10,670 bases of DNA from Octopus sinensis (lineage: Eukaryota): assembly GCF_006345805.1 (NCBI RefSeq), contig NW_021827371.1:1-10670 (forward strand), read 5' to 3'. The notes beneath the pieces were generated by a model. That model had not been told where the DNA came from. It did not search any database and saw only the letters and a program-made list of their open reading frames with translations. This document shows, piece after piece, positions 7,600 through 10,670 of this stretch. Made by a program: the position numbers and the translations under genes. Numbering within the stretch: position 1 is the first letter of the stretch; each line of letters starts with the position of its first letter.

Positions 7600-8220
7600 G
7601 TCGCAGGCATGGCAGTGTGGTTAAGAACCTCGTTTACAGTTAAGTGGTTTGGGATTGAGTCTAGTTTCGCAATATCTAGAACAACTGTAACGTACTATAC
7701 CCTCAGCTGACCAATGCTTTGTAAGGGGACTTGGTAGACAAAAAATGTATGGAAGCCTTATATGTGTATGTGGGTGTGTGGGTGTGTGGGTGTGTAAATG
7801 CAGGCGCGGTTCCAGGAAATTTTTCGAAAAGAAGGCACGAGGTCAAAAGGCAATAGAATTCTAGGAGAAAAGGGCGTAATAATATTATTTGGAAGGGTGC
7901 ACTTCTTTTCTTGGGGTGTTTCATACCCCGAGGGCCACCCCTCCCGGGCCCACCCCTGAAATGCCTGCGTGTGTATGTGTGTGTGTGCCTTTGACTTTGA
8001 GTTTACGAGTGTATTCCTGTTGCCACCGTTCCACCACATTTATTTGTTTACGGTCCACAAATTAAATGTTCGGTAAAAGAGATCGATATAAAAAATACCA
8101 GATTTATAATCACATAAGTATTGAAGTCAGCTTCTTTTTCTAAAACAAAACCCTTAGAGGCAAGTGCTCCAGCCTGGCCTCAGTCAAATACCAGAAACAC
8201 ACAAAAGATTAAAAGATAAA
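7600..8220 (+). mobile_element. SINE family 2, old full-length copy interrupted by a MITE
   Basis: Head cgcaggcatggcagtgtggttaagaa (A-box-like), ttggtagac...gaagcc, a TG tract, then a 3' half homologous to 1790-2000, ending aaaagattaaaagataaa. Confidence 0.75.
7801..7958. mobile_element. Small non-autonomous DNA transposon (MITE), 158 bp, 5-bp TSD
   Basis: Ends caggcgcggttccagga and (reverse complement) caggggtgggcccggga, 12/17 identical, terminal CAGG...CCTG. aaatg is duplicated at 7796-7800 and 7959-7963. Confidence 0.6.
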
Positions 8221-8664
8221 AGACAACGGGGAAAATGTCACGGAGTGTGACAAGGCAACTTCTTTGGGTCAAAATTTCTATATTACCAACGGGATTCAAC
8301 ACAGTCTCCGCCTATCCTATATCATTCACAAGACTTCGATTGACCTTGAGATTTGATAGAGAGAGAGAGAGAGAAACAGACTTGTCCAAGAATTTGTTGG
8401 CAGAACGAGAATTGAAGCCAGGACGAGACCACGTGACTGCTTTGCTAATCACACAAATTTGAATATAGACAACCAATCAGATTTGGTTGGCCAATAAGTC
8501 AGATATTTTGTTCAATCGCAATCACGGCATAGAGGTTCGGTTGTTTCAGCCGTTGTGGCATAATCAGTAAAACTTCTCACAATTCACAGAATCGCCATTA
8601 TTATTCATAGACAACGTGGTGTTAAGAAAAGCAAATAAAATAAAATTAAACGACGAGATATGTA

Positions 8665-9000
8665 CGCATGCGTGTGTTTATATGTCTGCGTGCGTTTGTG
8701 ATCGTATGTGTGTGTATGTGTGTATATATATATATATTTATGAATGTATATGTGTATATACATATGTGTATAAATGCATACATATATATACAAACGTACA
8801 TAAACGATACATGCATATATATGTATGCGTGTGTGTATATAGTTATGTCTATGTGCGTTTGTGAGCGTGTGTGTGTGAGTGTATGTGTGTGTATGTGTGT
8901 ATATATATTTATGACTGTACATATGTATATACATATGTATATAAATGCATACATATACACAAACGTACATAAACGATACCTGCATATATATGTATGTGTA
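8665..9000. repeat. Two-copy tandem duplication (~160-170 bp) of a complex TA/TG/CA low-complexity unit
   Basis: Unique anchor acaaacgtacataaacgatac at 8790-8810 and 8959-8979. Other anchors (gtgcgtttgtga, tatatatttatga, ataaatgcatacatata) are also duplicated. Confidence 0.9.
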
Positions 9001-9099
9001 TATATATATATATACGTATATGCATACATAGTACATCACACATACAAACATTCAGACTTTACATATACGTACACAATACACAGACAAACACATACACGC

Positions 9100-9102
9100 A
9101 TA

Positions 9103-9148
<46 letters not shown>

Positions 9149-9149
9149 T

Positions 9150-9191
<42 letters not shown>

Positions 9192-9215
9192 TATATATAT
9201 ATATACATGTATATA
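9100..9215. repeat. (TA)n microsatellite, interrupted
   Basis: Directly visible. Confidence 0.95.
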
Positions 9216-9373
9216 TGTATTGTATGACTGTATGAGGGTAGGTAAATACGTTAAAAATGTATTCTCGAGGCTAATTTGAATATAATGTTATTATCATAGT
9301 TATCACTTACCCATCAAATATAAATAATTATGATTCGTAGCTGTCCAGAAAATAAATACGAAAGAGGTTACTT

Positions 9374-9455
9374 AGTGTGTGTTGTGTGTGTGTGTGTTGT
9401 GTGTGTGTGTTTCTGTGTTTGTGTGTGTTTTTGCATATTTGTATGCGTGTGTGTG
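9374..9455. repeat. Degenerate (TG)n tract
   Basis: Directly visible. Confidence 0.85.
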
Positions 9456-9609
9456 TTTGAGCTTGTGTGAGGCGGGGGGAAAGAATGTGAGATGATGAAG
9501 GAAAGAAAGAGAGAATGATAATATGAGAGAACAATGTGATAACACATCAGACAGGAGAGACTGAGAAATTGTGTTCGTAGGTACAATGTGTGTACGTAAG
9601 CGTTTGTTT

Positions 9610-9770
9610 TAGAGAAATAAAGGAGAGGAGGGAGGGAGGGAGAGGGAGAGAAAGGGAAAGGTTGAGTTGGGGAGAGAGAAAGAATGAGATAGAGGGAGGG
9701 ACAGAAGTAGAGAGAGATAGAGAAGAATGGAAAGTTGGGGGAGAGATGGTAGAAAGCAGAGGGCCAAGGG
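9610..9770. repeat. Purine-rich (GA/GGA) low-complexity tract
   Basis: Nearly all A/G on the plus strand. Confidence 0.8.
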
Positions 9771-9843
9771 TTCGTAGAGGGTTTAACAGCGAGTTAGGTA
9801 ACACCGAAGATATGCAAAAAGTTGTTGTTGTTGTTATCATTAT

Positions 9844-9991
9844 TAAGGTGATGAGCAGGCAGAATCGTTAGGACGCCAGGCAAAATGCTTAGCAAAAATT
9901 CACCCGTCTTTACGTTCTGAGTTCAAATTCCGCCGAGGTCGAATTTGCTTTTCATCCTTTCGGGGTCGATAAATTAAGTACCAGTTGCGAC
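9844..9991 (+). mobile_element. SINE family 1, 3'-truncated copy
   Basis: taaggtgatgagcaggcagaatcgttag...gagttcaaattccgccgaggtcga...ggggtcgataaattaagtaccagttgcg, ending abruptly at (ATT)n. Confidence 0.92.
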
Positions 9992-9994
9992 AAA

Positions 9995-10076
<82 letters not shown>

Positions 10077-10078
10077 TT
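9995..10078. repeat. (ATT)n microsatellite
   Basis: Directly visible. Confidence 0.98.
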
Positions 10079-10084
10079 GTCTGT

Positions 10085-10240
10085 ATAGTTGGAGCGGCGG
10101 AATAATACTTTTCTGTATTTCCTGAACATAACTACATTTTGAGTTCAAATATCGCCATGGTCAGCTTTGTGTGTCATCCCTTCGGCATCGAGAAAGTACA
10201 GTACTGGGCTAGTACTGGAGTCGATGGTATCGACTAGTGG
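10085..10240 (+). mobile_element. SINE family 1, old degenerate copy
   Basis: tgagttcaaatatcgcc..ggtcagcttt...tcatcccttcggcatcga...gtactggagtcgatggtatcgac. Confidence 0.7.
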
Positions 10241-10670
10241 CTCACACGCAAAAAATGACAAGCTCTGTATCTCTATATACATTCACACATACATGCATAC
10301 CATTACACATATATGAATACATTTATTCATGCTTACATACATGGACAAATATGTATCGATACGTAGAATGACTTCTTGATTGATAGATTCATTGATTGGT
10401 AAACAAACAGAAAGATTGGTGATACGCAGTTGCAACAAATGTGTTATTCATTTATACGAAAATCATGTATCTTATGTTGTAAAACAAATACAACTGCATT
10501 CTGTTGAGTCTCTTTTTTGCTTTTTAATTCAGTTTACATTTCGCATGGTCCGAGTTTCACGCCACTGCGATCTTCAGGCGAGAAATATTTGTCATTCGGT
10601 TGATGGTCTGATTATGTACATTGGAGGGCGATTGTAGGGTTAGTAAATAATGTGAAGATGATTGTTCGAT

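Noticed and set aside
8605-9147. ORFs of 82-159 aa rich in Y/I/H/T/C/V
   Set aside because: Translation of the TA/TG/CA low-complexity duplication.
10380-10637. 85-aa ORF
   Set aside because: No recognisable motif; it overlaps a probable degenerate SINE-head fragment near 10545-10600 that is too weak to list as a feature.

Overview
AT-rich eukaryotic non-coding DNA made almost entirely of microsatellites and layered transposon relics. I find no host protein-coding gene; nearly all long ORFs in the track are microsatellite read-through. From memory, not from a database search, the SINE families resemble the abundant octopus/cephalopod repeats. Contents: about nine copies or fragments of a ~220-bp tRNA-derived SINE (family 1), two copies of a second SINE with an internal microsatellite (family 2), and two small DNA transposons. 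There are also decayed Penelope-like RT fragments and a decayed restriction-like-endonuclease (RLE) LINE fragment. The most notable structure is a 725-bp insertion (6340-7064) bounded by an 11-bp TSD. It joins a tRNA-like head to a tail with a degenerate minimal hammerhead ribozyme, carries a nested LINE 3' end in its (TAA)n tract, and itself splits an older RLE LINE at its PD motif. Two local inversion/fold-back rearrangements are visible (1555-1697 and 2450-2868).
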